Below are positions 28,153 through 38,490 of a stretch of 64,000 bases of DNA, piece after piece. The stretch is taken from IMG/VR virus record IMGVR_UViG_3300022908_000003, positions 4,054 to 68,053 of that record; one strand, given 5' to 3'. Source of the DNA: a virus. The translations under genes and the position numbers were made by a program. Positions within the stretch are counted from its first letter, which is position 1. Every line of letters starts with the position of its first letter. Below the pieces are notes generated by a model. The model saw only the letters and a list, made by a program, of their open reading frames with translations, had not been told where the DNA came from and did no database searches.

Positions 28153-31100
28153 TTACCTCTTCCGTCTGATACCAAAGTTTTTAGCAATCTGCTGTCCTTG
28201 TGTTACTTTAGAAGATCTCATACCTCTTACATCAGGAGTGTTTACTATCTGAGTAAATTTAACATTAGTTACATGTTGAATTGGGGTTTCCTCGCCTTCT
28301 CTGGTAGAAGATTTCCCGTAGCCCATTTTGCTTAGTGGAGTTACTGTACCTGGTCTATCTGGAACTAGGAACTCAGGTTCGCCTCTTTCTCCTACAATAA
28401 TTGGAGTAAGACCTGAATAATGCCCTCCATCGCCAAAGGTAGGAATAGGCCCATCAAATCCTGCTCCGAAAGGATCTCCATTAGATAATGGGCTTGCACT
28501 TCCTCCACTACCCCCCATTATCCCGCCAATTAATCCCCCTAACCAGGACATACCGCCAGAGAAACCGGAACCACTGCCAATTTGTCTAGTTAGATATTGC
28601 ATTAACTGTGACTGTAAATAATCTTGAGCCATCTTTGCAATAGTCTGTTTGAAGTTATTTGCAATTGTTCCGAATAACCTTCCAAATACATTTTGCAGAT
28701 TATTCCCCATTCCATGTAGTTTGTCGTTAGTAATGTCTATCTGGTGTTGTATGTCTTTTATTCGTTGAGTGTAAGGATCTTGACCTGAAGCACCTTGACC
28801 ATACTTATATCTATAAGATGCCTCTCCCATTTGTGCTTGTTCTAGTTGTTGTTTTAGATTATAAAGGTCTGTTTGGGCTTGTCCTTTAGCTTGTGGGTTA
28901 GGATTAAATGCATTAGTTATTCCCTCCATTATTCCACTACTAGTTCCTTGAGCTAGTCCTTGAAACATTTTTGCAAGTTCTAAGGTTGTGTTTGCCCTAT
29001 CTATATTTTTCTTCCAGAAATCTTCCATGGTTTTTTCATCCATGTCAGTAGGAAGAATATAGTCCATAATGCGATTGCCATCTTTATCAAGAGTTACTTT
29101 TAGCTCTCTAAATCCGTTTAACCATTGATGGAAAGGATCTGTAGACCTTGCATCTAATAGTTGTTTCTGCATTCCATTGACATTAGAAATTAAAGCATCT
29201 TTAGCTCTTAGCGCATCTGCTTTATTTATAGAAGAAACTATGGAATTCTCATAATCCTTAATCATGAGATCTCCTTCAGTTCCCCAATACCTTCTAACGT
29301 TAGTTATTGCAGTCTTATTCTTTGTTTCCCATTCGAATACTGCATTTTCCGTGTCAGTATAAAGACCTGATAGAGAATGCTCAATACCTGATAGCTGTTC
29401 AGTTATGTCTCTTGTCTGAGATTGCATAAAGTCTTTACCAACTGCTTTGGCTTCATCAAGACCTTGCTTTCTAACTTTATTCTGTGTATCTACAAACTTA
29501 ACAAAATCTCCAATATTATTGTAGTCAGAGCCAAATAGCTTTGCTATCTGATCATTGTTAGTTTTATTCCATTGGTCTACGGCTGATTGACCCGCGTTGG
29601 AATTCTCTGGTGAGAATTTCCTATTCATTTTTTCTTGTAACTGCTTACTTTGAAGGTCAATATTTCTATTTTGCTCATCAAGCCAATTTCTTGTATTATT
29701 TTGATCTGAAATATTACCAGAAGCTATTATTTGATCAAATGATGATTTGTACTGAGGATCATTTCTTGATATATGAAGTTTATTTATCAAGGCTTCTATT
29801 GCAATACGTGCGGCATCAGCTTGAGTTTTTACAGGAGCAAGGCTTTCGGATGCTTTTGTAGCCCATGAATTAGTTAGAGAATTTAGTTCCTCTAATGCCA
29901 TGGTTTGCCGTGTAGCTTCTATTCTTGCAGATCTTTCGGCTTCTGTTAGAAGATCCCAGGTATCCGCACCTCCAGCAGCTTGTACAGCCGCTCTTGCTAC
30001 TTCGTCTCCTGCATTCTTCTGAGCAAATGCAAGATCATGCATTGCCTTAGTATTTGCAATAACTTCTTTACGTCGATCAACAGAAGCCATTTTAGAAAGC
30101 ATGTCTTGCTTTTGGCTATCAGACATTTCTTTCCATTCAGACAAACCTCCTTGAAGTTGCCCTATAGCTTGTCTTTTTAGTAAAGGAAGTGCAGAAATGT
30201 CATTTTCATCATTAAGCTTCTTGATAGATAATGCAACTCTATGAGCACTTTCGGCAAGATCAGCTTGTTTAGCTTTATCTAGAAGAATATTCTTCTGCGA
30301 ATTGCTAATTCCGTATAAGTCGCCACCTTCTTGTAGTTTTGCTAGTTCCTGATTTAAATGTACATGTCTTGTTTCAGTATCTACTTCTACGTTCTTTAGA
30401 AATATTACTTTATTAAGACCTTGTACTTCATTATCATATCTTTTTACTAAAGCTTTTGCAGCGGCTTCAGCTGCTTTTTCTGCTTTCTTCTTTGCGTCGG
30501 CTTCTGCTTTAAGCTTATCTAACATGGCTTGATCTATGCCATGTGTTGTAGGCGGCATATTTGGAATTGCGCCGTCTCCATAAAGCTTTGCTTTAGCATA
30601 ATCAGGATCAAAGTAACTCTGGAAATTATTTAATCCAAAGTGGTTAGTACCATACTGATCAAACCTATCTCCTTCTCTTCCTATCTCTGCTACATGCCCA
30701 TAACTCTCATACTTACCTGTTTTCTTGTTATACTCATGCATTGCCATAGTATGAGAAAACAAAGCATCACCAGGTTTTAGTACAGTTTGTCCTGGTATAA
30801 AAGGCTGTAGAACTCCAGCAGCTTGCATTGCTTTTTCTGTAGCAAATGCAGAACCTTTGAATAAGTGATCAAAGATATGAGTACTTTCTTGTACCGTTAC
30901 TCTGAATAACTCTTGGCAATGATGGTGATAATCTAGTGCTGTTTTATCCATCTGCTTTCTTGCAGCAGTTGCAGCAATAGCACCTCCTAGATCCCCAGGA
31001 GTTGTTACATTTACTGTACCCGAACCAGCTTGATTATTTGAAGTAAGAGCATGTAAATTAGACGCTTGTTTAGCATAATCTGATTTCAGTTTATGCAGAT

Positions 31101-33849
31101 CGAATATAGCTTGATCTAGATTTTTCTGTACTTCTGCTCTATTAGTATCATCTGGAAGTCCTTTAGCTCTTAGGTTATCTGATTGAGTAAGCTGTTGATA
31201 GTAAGTTTGCTTTGCAGTTTCTCTGCCGGAGATGGTTTGGGCAATTTTGCCCATCTCAACTTCTATAGCTCCGCGAGTACTCTGCGCAGAAACTTCTTTC
31301 TGCATATTAACAAAGTTCTGTGCAGACTTTGCAGCTTGATCCTGAGCCGTCACCATTTCATCATAGCTATCTTTTAGCTTAGATAATTCGTATATTAAGC
31401 CCACAACAGCTAATGCCACAAGAGCTATAGGCCCGGCAGTTGCGCCAAGTGTTGCTAATCTTGCACCCCAAGTTAATGAAGCACCTGTAGAAGCTACCTG
31501 TGCTCCAGTTAAGGTAGTAATTCCTGTAGCAAGCTTTTTTACAATTTCTGTAGTGATAAGTAAACCGGCTCTAAGATCAATTGGAACCTTTAATCCAATA
31601 AGAATACCAGTTAGCTTATTTAGGATAGTTAAACCCCCAAGTACAGAAATCATATTCTGTATAGGTAGTGGCAATTTTTGGAATAAATCCATAAGGTTAG
31701 CAATGTATTTTGAAAAAGCTTCAATGCGAGGTAGCCAAGTCTCAAATACCTTTAATGCTCTTTCACCTACGGGTAGGAAATCCGCCTCTATACTGTTTAC
31801 TAACCTTGCAAGTTGATTTTGAAAAGTCTTAGATTGCCTTTCAAATCCAATATCTACAGGATTTGCTACTTGCCCTTGTCTCATTTGCTCCAGGAAACGA
31901 TAAGTGCTTGTATAGTCATCGGCACCTTTGTTCATAAGAACTGTAGCACCGAGACCGCCTCTCTGAGCCTGGAGAAGTTTATTTATTGTATCAGTGTTAC
32001 CACCTGAAACTGCTTTAATATCTCTAAGTACATTGTACAAGCCTCTTGCTGCAAGTCCTGCACCAGAGAAATCTTTTATTAGATCAATTCCCATTGATTT
32101 AGCAATAGGTTGAAGTAATGCAAGTTCTTTTCTAACTTCAGGAATAGGGTTTGCGATATGTGTAAGAATGCCACGAATTTGGGTGTCTGATTGCCCAATA
32201 CTAAATCTTTGCTGTGTTAGTGCAGATAGTGCAGCTTGTACATCAGTTAATTTTACTCCATAAGCAGCAGCGGCCGCAGTTGCTTGACCTGTGCCAAGTA
32301 CCCACTGTTCCATTTTAGCATTGCCACGTGCAGCAGCTTGATCAAGAACACCCATTGTTGCATGGGCTTCTTCGCCTTTTAGATGGAAGACGTGCATGGT
32401 AGAAGCTAGTGCATTTGCTGTACTATCTACTTTAGATTGAGTTGAGACAGCTTCTTTAGCAGCATCATTAAGTACATTGTATGTAAAAGCTGCTTGCTCA
32501 TTTGCTGAAGCAGTTCTATCAATGTGGTTTCGAATACGCATATAGCCATTTGATATATCATCAAAAACTGCACCAGTATCTTTACCAACTTTAATAGTCT
32601 GCTTTCTCATATCTTCAAGAGCAGCATCGGTCATTACTGCATTATTTGCAACAGCTGCGGTATTTGCCTGGAAGTGGCTAAATAAACCTGCTGAACCTGC
32701 TTCTATTGCAGTTACTACAGCAGCACCAGTACCTCCCATTCCTGCAACTGCTCCAAGTGCAGAGAGTTGAGATCCTCTTGCTACCTGTGCAGCTTTTTCA
32801 GCTTCTACTCTTTGAGCCATTGCAGCAGCAGAAGTAGCTTGCGCTTCTTTCGCAGCAGCTACAATTAATGCATCAGCTTCTTTTTCAGATTGTACCCTAA
32901 TTCTTGCAGTTTCTACAGCTTGTGCTCTTGCTTGACTATTAAATAAGGCATCGGCTTCTGCTCTCTCAGCATCTATAGTTCTTTCTACTTGTAGAAGTTC
33001 TGATGCAGCAGCTTTCCATTCAGAGCTATAAGCTTCATACTGAGTTAGTCTTTTCCTCAGATAAGCCATGTAAAGTTCTTGACTAATTAAGCCTTGATCG
33101 TATTCAAAACGAACTGTATTAAATATAGCAGCTTGCTTTTCTTTTTCTGCTGTGGTTCTTGCTTCTACTTCTGCCCTTGTTAATTGGATTATTTTCTCTG
33201 AAGCAGCTTGTTGCTGTTGCGCACTAGCTTGCGGAGAAGTTATAGTCTTCATAGCATTCTGCATTTGAAGATCTCTTATAACTTGTCCTGCATTTGCTCC
33301 GGCGGCTATTCTTCCAGCAGCAGCTAAATTTAATGCGGTTTGCTGCGTTGCAACTGCTGCGGCTCTAGCTGAAGTAATTTCAGCATTGGCCTTTTGTTCC
33401 GCGGAAATCCGTTCTCTCTGGTAAACATTCCATCTAGCTGAAGCATCTCTTATTAAAGCTTTATCATTTGCGTCTATCTCCGCTTGTAGAGACTTCTCAA
33501 GAGATGCTAACTCCGTTGCAGCTGCTTTCCACTCTGCTGTATATGAAGCGTAGGAAGACATTCTAGACTTCAAGAAAGCTTTATAATCTGCTGCGCTAGT
33601 TTGACCTGTCTTGTATTCGAATTTTGCTAAATTTGCTGCACCTCTTTCGAGTTCCTTATAGGTAGCTTCTAGCTTTTTACCCCCATTGGCAGTTCTAGTA
33701 AAGCTTTCTTCTATAGTTTTTGCAGCTTTATCAGCAGTGTTTGCAGTTTCGTTAATCCGTTGTTCAGCGCGAGATAGACGGCTTTCAAGTGCAGCCGTAT
33801 CCGCGCTTATGACTGCCTTTAGTTGAGCAATTGTAACTTGATCTGCCAT
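28153..33849 (-). CDS. tape measure protein with internal CHAP/NlpC-like domain
   Basis: 1898-aa Ala-rich helical protein after the tail chaperone; TP901-like core, central hydrophobic segments, C-terminal VGERGEPEFLVP motif. Confidence 0.9.
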   Translation of the reverse strand: MADQVTIAQLKAVISADTAALESRLSRAEQRINETANTADKAAKTIEESFTRTANGGKKLEATYKELERGAANLAKFEYKTGQTSAADYKAFLKSRMSSYASYTAEWKAAATELASLEKSLQAEIDANDKALIRDASARWNVYQRERISAEQKANAEITSARAAAVATQQTALNLAAAGRIAAGANAGQVIRDLQMQNAMKTITSPQASAQQQQAASEKIIQLTRAEVEARTTAEKEKQAAIFNTVRFEYDQGLISQELYMAYLRKRLTQYEAYSSEWKAAASELLQVERTIDAERAEADALFNSQARAQAVETARIRVQSEKEADALIVAAAKEAQATSAAAMAQRVEAEKAAQVARGSQLSALGAVAGMGGTGAAVVTAIEAGSAGLFSHFQANTAAVANNAVMTDAALEDMRKQTIKVGKDTGAVFDDISNGYMRIRNHIDRTASANEQAAFTYNVLNDAAKEAVSTQSKVDSTANALASTMHVFHLKGEEAHATMGVLDQAAARGNAKMEQWVLGTGQATAAAAAYGVKLTDVQAALSALTQQRFSIGQSDTQIRGILTHIANPIPEVRKELALLQPIAKSMGIDLIKDFSGAGLAARGLYNVLRDIKAVSGGNTDTINKLLQAQRGGLGATVLMNKGADDYTSTYRFLEQMRQGQVANPVDIGFERQSKTFQNQLARLVNSIEADFLPVGERALKVFETWLPRIEAFSKYIANLMDLFQKLPLPIQNMISVLGGLTILNKLTGILIGLKVPIDLRAGLLITTEIVKKLATGITTLTGAQVASTGASLTWGARLATLGATAGPIALVALAVVGLIYELSKLKDSYDEMVTAQDQAAKSAQNFVNMQKEVSAQSTRGAIEVEMGKIAQTISGRETAKQTYYQQLTQSDNLRAKGLPDDTNRAEVQKNLDQAIFDLHKLKSDYAKQASNLHALTSNNQAGSGTVNVTTPGDLGGAIAATAARKQMDKTALDYHHHCQELFRVTVQESTHIFDHLFKGSAFATEKAMQAAGVLQPFIPGQTVLKPGDALFSHTMAMHEYNKKTGKYESYGHVAEIGREGDRFDQYGTNHFGLNNFQSYFDPDYAKAKLYGDGAIPNMPPTTHGIDQAMLDKLKAEADAKKKAEKAAEAAAKALVKRYDNEVQGLNKVIFLKNVEVDTETRHVHLNQELAKLQEGGDLYGISNSQKNILLDKAKQADLAESAHRVALSIKKLNDENDISALPLLKRQAIGQLQGGLSEWKEMSDSQKQDMLSKMASVDRRKEVIANTKAMHDLAFAQKNAGDEVARAAVQAAGGADTWDLLTEAERSARIEATRQTMALEELNSLTNSWATKASESLAPVKTQADAARIAIEALINKLHISRNDPQYKSSFDQIIASGNISDQNNTRNWLDEQNRNIDLQSKQLQEKMNRKFSPENSNAGQSAVDQWNKTNNDQIAKLFGSDYNNIGDFVKFVDTQNKVRKQGLDEAKAVGKDFMQSQTRDITEQLSGIEHSLSGLYTDTENAVFEWETKNKTAITNVRRYWGTEGDLMIKDYENSIVSSINKADALRAKDALISNVNGMQKQLLDARSTDPFHQWLNGFRELKVTLDKDGNRIMDYILPTDMDEKTMEDFWKKNIDRANTTLELAKMFQGLAQGTSSGIMEGITNAFNPNPQAKGQAQTDLYNLKQQLEQAQMGEASYRYKYGQGASGQDPYTQRIKDIQHQIDITNDKLHGMGNNLQNVFGRLFGTIANNFKQTIAKMAQDYLQSQLMQYLTRQIGSGSGFSGGMSWLGGLIGGIMGGSGGSASPLSNGDPFGAGFDGPIPTFGDGGHYSGLTPIIVGERGEPEFLVPDRPGTVTPLSKMGYGKSSTREGEETPIQHVTNVKFTQIVNTPDVRGMRSSKVTQGQQIAKNFGIRRKR

Positions 33850-33866
33850 ACCGTCTATCTCCGTCT

Positions 33867-34552
33867 CTAATCTTCGTAGTTTCTACGTTGTTTCTTTGGT
33901 TTTGATAAGTGCTTTTGTACTAGGTTGTCTGCCTTCTCGTATACTATTGCCCATTCTCTCCATGATAAAGCTTCAGGTTCCTTTAGTAATTCAAAGACAG
34001 AACAATTTAATATCTTAGCCGCTCTTATTGTACGGTACTGGTGCGGGAGACTACCGTTAGATCCTCCACTAATGAAGAATTGGGCAATTTCCCGCTCAAT
34101 GCCTTTGGGGGGTTCTTATGCTCATATACAGCAGAAATTACAGCATAAATGATTTCAGCTTGTACGTCGGCTTTCTTTACTCCTTCAGGAGTTAGAGGGA
34201 TTGGGTCTCCATCATCATCACAAAGATCCCACTTAGCAACAAGCTTGCACATATTTTCTATAGAAGCTGCAAGAGGGCGACCAGAGAAAGTATCACTATT
34301 TCTAAGATCAATAGACGCCTCTTCAAATCCAGGCGTCATATGATATTTTCTGTAATAGACTTCCTCAAGGAATGGTTCATCTTCTCGCTTTGGTCTGCTT
34401 GCCGTTGATCCATCTACTAGTTCAAACTCTTCCATGATGATAGACCCATCTAGATTTCGTTCATCACTATCTAGATAAACTTTAATAGGGCCAACAAGCT
34501 TATCTCTTAGATCTTTTGTACTTGCTTTCTTCTTTTTGGTCGTGGCTGCCAT
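33867..34552 (-). CDS. tail assembly chaperone, extended (-1 frameshift) product
   Basis: Slippery heptamer C-CCA-AAG at 34103-34109. The -1 frame stays open (GIEREIAQFFISGG...RRNYED) to TAG at 33867-33869, just before the TMP. Confidence 0.8.
34025..34552 (-). CDS. tail assembly chaperone
   Basis: Lies between tail tube and TMP; LVAKWDLCDDDGDPIPLTPE motif. Confidence 0.75.
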   Translation of the reverse strand: MAATTKKKKASTKDLRDKLVGPIKVYLDSDERNLDGSIIMEEFELVDGSTASRPKREDEPFLEEVYYRKYHMTPGFEEASIDLRNSDTFSGRPLAASIENMCKLVAKWDLCDDDGDPIPLTPEGVKKADVQAEIIYAVISAVYEHKNPPKALSGKLPNSSLVEDLTVVSRTSTVQ

Positions 34553-34613
34553 TGTTCTAGTCTCCTTTACTGACTATTGTTTTACTGGTTTTCCGTCTTC
34601 TCTGGTAGAAGAT

Positions 34614-37064
34614 TTATAGAGCAGCTTGTGCAGTAATTGTTTCCATTACTAAGTCGCCGTTTGTTTCTTCATCAGCAGCATAGAAATCATACATTCCTGC
34701 ATAGAGATCATCGTCGTCTGTTAGATCCTGGTTTGATACATAACAGGCTAATGTAGTTTTGAAGGAATTATAGTAAGTGATCATTGTCACTGTTTCAATA
34801 GAGGAACCGGTTGCTACAAACTGTAAGTATCCTAGTGTAGACTGCTCCAGTGAAGCTAGGAACTTATCACTTTCAGAACCTACAGCTACAGTAATCTTTC
34901 CTCCGATATCTGCTTTCTTTTCTAGAATACCTCCTATTGTAGTATCTGCACTATTAATGAATAGCTTTGACTTGTACTTACCCTTTACCGAGAACTCAAG
35001 TGCTCTTGCTTGAAGGAGCTTACTTGTGCCTAGATCGCTAAATAGCGTGTTAGAGTAGAATATGTCAAAGTCTGTCATATTCATCAAGTTAGCTGGAACC
35101 AATGTGGGAGATGCAGTCAATGTAATAGGGTAATCAGGATATGCCCCAAAACCATTTATTGTATAGTCTGCTGTATTCTCATTGATAGTAATAGTCATAT
35201 CGGTTGCAGTACCGAATGCCATTCTATCATTAGACCCCTGATTGTTACCATACTCAAATGTCATTGTCTGCGGAGTGTCTACATTTCTGCTGTTCATCTT
35301 GTAGACACGTTTCTTTGAAAGCGTTCCAGGAGTTGTTAGTACTGGAGTAGCTGTGATAAGCATTGCAGCCCAATAAGGCATTACAGAATACCCAAGCTGT
35401 CCTGAAATGCTCCACTCAGCCCATCGCTTACCTCTTTGCTGCCCTATTGCAGATTTTGTGCCATCATCCTGCGCAGTCTTTACGTTGTTCTGTCTCTTCG
35501 GAGGTGTAAAGGTTCCGTTTTTAATCCACTTATCGGATGCTACAACGGTACCCTGGGTAGAAGTGTCTTCAAGTCCAAATTGAAAACCTCTAAGTGTCTT
35601 TGATTTAAGCATTGTATTTCCATTCCTCAATATTATCGCAGAAACTATGTTAGAAGCTGCGCCTTCTACCGTGCCATTGAAACCAGATACATAGTATTTG
35701 TATAGAGCATTAAATTCTATATTCTTATCTGTGTACGTTTCCGTATTCCACGGAACTGGATTTTTATTGATCTTATAAAAAACTCCAGGATTAATTGGAT
35801 TTTTCTTATTCATCGAAAGGTAATGGTCAATTACTTCATCTTCGGAAAGCAATCGACCATACCAAGCAAAGTTTGATAAAAAGCCTGTGAAATATCCCGC
35901 ACTATATCCAAGTAACGATTGCCCTATGTATATTCCTGGATTTTCTGCAAAGTCTCTAATAGATCCAAAACCTACTGGAGTTGTATATGTCACCAGACCG
36001 TTACAATAAACAACTATAGTTTGTCCAACCGGATCTGAAACTATTGCAATATGGTTCCAAGTGTCAGCAACCATACCTGTTACAATATCATCGTATATTA
36101 CTCCAAATGCAAACATTTGTAGAATAGTTGAGCCATTCATTTTAAGCCCAAACCCTACACTCTCTATGCCTGCTGCTATCAAACCTCCTGCTGTAAAAAA
36201 CCCACCACCAGAGCTACCAGACGGAGTGTTAATCCAAAATTCTAAAGTTATTGCAGAGTGCGTAGGTGTAAGTCCTGTACCAGAGAAATAGGAAACCCCA
36301 TCAAAATAAACAGCACTTGGTTGGTTATCCGGTCCCTTTGATCTTCTTATAGTAGATCCAGTGGATACTAGGTTTGAATTAGAAATACTGTCTTTTGCAT
36401 TTCCGAATGTATCATCTAATTTCCAGTAGTTTATTAAACCAAGAGTTTCTTCTACTTCCGTAGTATATGTGACATTTTTTCTATAGATATTAAAAGAGTA
36501 ATTTAGATTACTACCAGAAGTTAGAGATAGGTTAGTTGGTCTTGTTATATTTAAATCTATAAAATCAACATTCTCTTCAGCTTCTATGTCAGGCTCGTTT
36601 GGAGTTATAAGCAGAGGAAAAAAAGCAGAAGAAGGAATTGCTTGTACAGATCTACTAGGACTAGACCAACTTATTGTTAAACCTTCTACAGAAATATTAC
36701 TACTCTGAAAATAATAAACTTCTATGTTATACTTCTTGTTTGCAGTTGCAGAAAATGTTTTACCTGCTGAGAGGAATTCATCTCCATAATCAGGGCCACC
36801 AGAAGTAAAACTATCAAATATAATTTGACCATCTATTACTAGCTTTACACCATCATGCCCTGCAAAGTATAAATTGTAGACTTCAGTAAAAGCAAAAGTA
36901 ATAGTGCCTGTCCACTTTACACTATAGCTAAAAGTAGAAAGCCCTGAACCTACTGGATTTGTTGCAAAATCTAAGTTAAGATTTGGATCTACTCTCGATA
37001 GCACATATTGCCCATCGGCTAATGTAGTTCCATTATAGTAGTTACCTAGAAGTCCATTAGCCAA
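34614..37064 (-). CDS. major tail tube protein with N-terminal PA14 + LamG + FN3-like extension
   Basis: PA14 (GLLGNYYNG..RVDPNLNLDF..SVKWTGTI), LamG (YWKLDD..TLEFWI..WNHIA), FN3-like (YTDKNI..YKYYVSG). The C-terminal ~330 aa from MLKSKTLRGFQFGLE sit at the tail tube position. Confidence 0.7.
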   Translation of the reverse strand: MANGLLGNYYNGTTLADGQYVLSRVDPNLNLDFATNPVGSGLSTFSYSVKWTGTITFAFTEVYNLYFAGHDGVKLVIDGQIIFDSFTSGGPDYGDEFLSAGKTFSATANKKYNIEVYYFQSSNISVEGLTISWSSPSRSVQAIPSSAFFPLLITPNEPDIEAEENVDFIDLNITRPTNLSLTSGSNLNYSFNIYRKNVTYTTEVEETLGLINYWKLDDTFGNAKDSISNSNLVSTGSTIRRSKGPDNQPSAVYFDGVSYFSGTGLTPTHSAITLEFWINTPSGSSGGGFFTAGGLIAAGIESVGFGLKMNGSTILQMFAFGVIYDDIVTGMVADTWNHIAIVSDPVGQTIVVYCNGLVTYTTPVGFGSIRDFAENPGIYIGQSLLGYSAGYFTGFLSNFAWYGRLLSEDEVIDHYLSMNKKNPINPGVFYKINKNPVPWNTETYTDKNIEFNALYKYYVSGFNGTVEGAASNIVSAIILRNGNTMLKSKTLRGFQFGLEDTSTQGTVVASDKWIKNGTFTPPKRQNNVKTAQDDGTKSAIGQQRGKRWAEWSISGQLGYSVMPYWAAMLITATPVLTTPGTLSKKRVYKMNSRNVDTPQTMTFEYGNNQGSNDRMAFGTATDMTITINENTADYTINGFGAYPDYPITLTASPTLVPANLMNMTDFDIFYSNTLFSDLGTSKLLQARALEFSVKGKYKSKLFINSADTTIGGILEKKADIGGKITVAVGSESDKFLASLEQSTLGYLQFVATGSSIETVTMITYYNSFKTTLACYVSNQDLTDDDDLYAGMYDFYAADEETNGDLVMETITAQAAL

Positions 37065-37067
37065 AAT

Positions 37068-37098
37068 GGGGTTCCCCGTTCTCTCTGGTAGAAGAATA
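37068..37098 (-). repeat. copy of the dispersed ACCAGAGA motif
   Basis: Minus strand TATTCTTCTACCAGAGAGAACGGGGAACCCC fills the gap between two genes. Confidence 0.85.
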
Positions 37099-37102
37099 CA
37101 AA

Positions 37103-37591
37103 CTATTCTTGGTAGTATTCCATTTCGTAAATACCGCCAAGATTTATATAGTCTGTGCCTTGTTGATTACTTGAGTATTTTATAAATCTGTTGTTTATAC
37201 ATGACATTATTCTTATATTTATTGTGCTATCGTCTGGATCTGTCCACAACTCTTGACACTTAGGTCTTCCTGTATTAATATCAGTAATACCAGGCCAATG
37301 AAATGTTTCTTCAATTAAATTAGCTATAGGAGATAGTAGGGAGAAATCTTCTCCGGCCATTACTGCTTTAATTTGTAGTAGCCATCTACCTTTCATCCTT
37401 GAACCAAAGTTACTGTTCATATTCTGTTGTGCAACAGTAACCACCATTGCTGCTGGGGTTTGGTCTACTTTGTTACCACCTGAGATAATCTCTGAATAGA
37501 AATCAGCATTATTTATAGGCTCTTGTGACCATTTAGGATCTGTAGTAAGTTTCGTGTAGATGTATTTGGCTAACGTTGTAAGTTCGTTCAT
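37103..37591 (-). CDS. putative tail terminator / completion protein
   Basis: Position between the HK97-gp10-like gene and the tail tube; fitting size. Confidence 0.55.
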   Translation of the reverse strand: MNELTTLAKYIYTKLTTDPKWSQEPINNADFYSEIISGGNKVDQTPAAMVVTVAQQNMNSNFGSRMKGRWLLQIKAVMAGEDFSLLSPIANLIEETFHWPGITDINTGRPKCQELWTDPDDSTINIRIMSCINNRFIKYSSNQQGTDYINLGGIYEMEYYQE

Positions 37592-38100
37592 TATTTGAAC
37601 TCGCTGAATGTAGAAAATTTAGCTTTCACAGATAAACCTTTATAGGCAACTCTTATTGCATTGCTTAGATAGGCTCTGTGGTTCCAGACAGCAGGAGTTA
37701 AGAAAGCTTGCGCGCCTCTATTTGGTGTTCCGTATTCATTAGGTTCTCCATGCTCTGCTCCTACTACTACCCATACTTCCATTGGATTTTCTGGAGCAAT
37801 CGACGGAAAGAAATTATATCTCATTCCCGAAGTCATCCTAATACCTTTTGGAGTAGACCCTGCTGCTTTAGCTAAATCATATTTTTCCTGTGACTTAGAT
37901 CTTGCTTCATCATAATCACTATGATCTTCACTAACTACGTATATGCTTTCTTTTAGATACTCTGTGTCAACAGGAGCAAGAGATTTTGCTTCGTCTCTTA
38001 TACTTATTGCAGTCTCTAAGATAGCTGTCTTTGCAGCTGCATTAACCATTGCAGTTATTGTTGTAAAACCACTTGTATCTAATCTAACTCTTTTTAACAT
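37591..38100 (-). CDS. HK97 gp10-like tail completion protein
   Basis: AKSLAPVDTEYLKESI, EYGT, AQAFLTPA. Confidence 0.8.
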   Translation of the reverse strand: MLKRVRLDTSGFTTITAMVNAAAKTAILETAISIRDEAKSLAPVDTEYLKESIYVVSEDHSDYDEARSKSQEKYDLAKAAGSTPKGIRMTSGMRYNFFPSIAPENPMEVWVVVGAEHGEPNEYGTPNRGAQAFLTPAVWNHRAYLSNAIRVAYKGLSVKAKFSTFSEFK

Positions 38101-38490
38101 TTACTTTTCTTCAGCAAGTAAAGCTATATCAGTTTGCCCACTCTCTCTGGTAATATCTATAACCTTGTATCTTATTACTACACCAGAAGGATTGCCGCCG
38201 GAGGTTTCTACTTCGTCTCCTATTTTTACTATAGTAGTTCTAGGTACATATATTGTTCTAAGTACTTTCCTGTCTACTATATTATCTTCTTCTGTATCTG
38301 GTGTTGTAGTATTTATATCATCATCTACTTTACATTTAACAGATATAGGAGTAGCAAATCCTTTAGTAAATCCTCCTTGCCCATTAGACACTTTAGGTAA
38401 GAAAGAAAATAAAGTAAGATTGTCTTCAAAGGAAAGTTCTACAAGAGAAGAGAAATTATCCAACATAGCAGGAGTTACAAACCATGTCAT
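38101..38490 (-). CDS. putative head closure / stopper protein
   Basis: Position; SNGQGGF..VKIGDEV pattern. Confidence 0.55.
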   Translation of the reverse strand: MTWFVTPAMLDNFSSLVELSFEDNLTLFSFLPKVSNGQGGFTKGFATPISVKCKVDDDINTTTPDTEEDNIVDRKVLRTIYVPRTTIVKIGDEVETSGGNPSGVVIRYKVIDITRESGQTDIALLAEEK

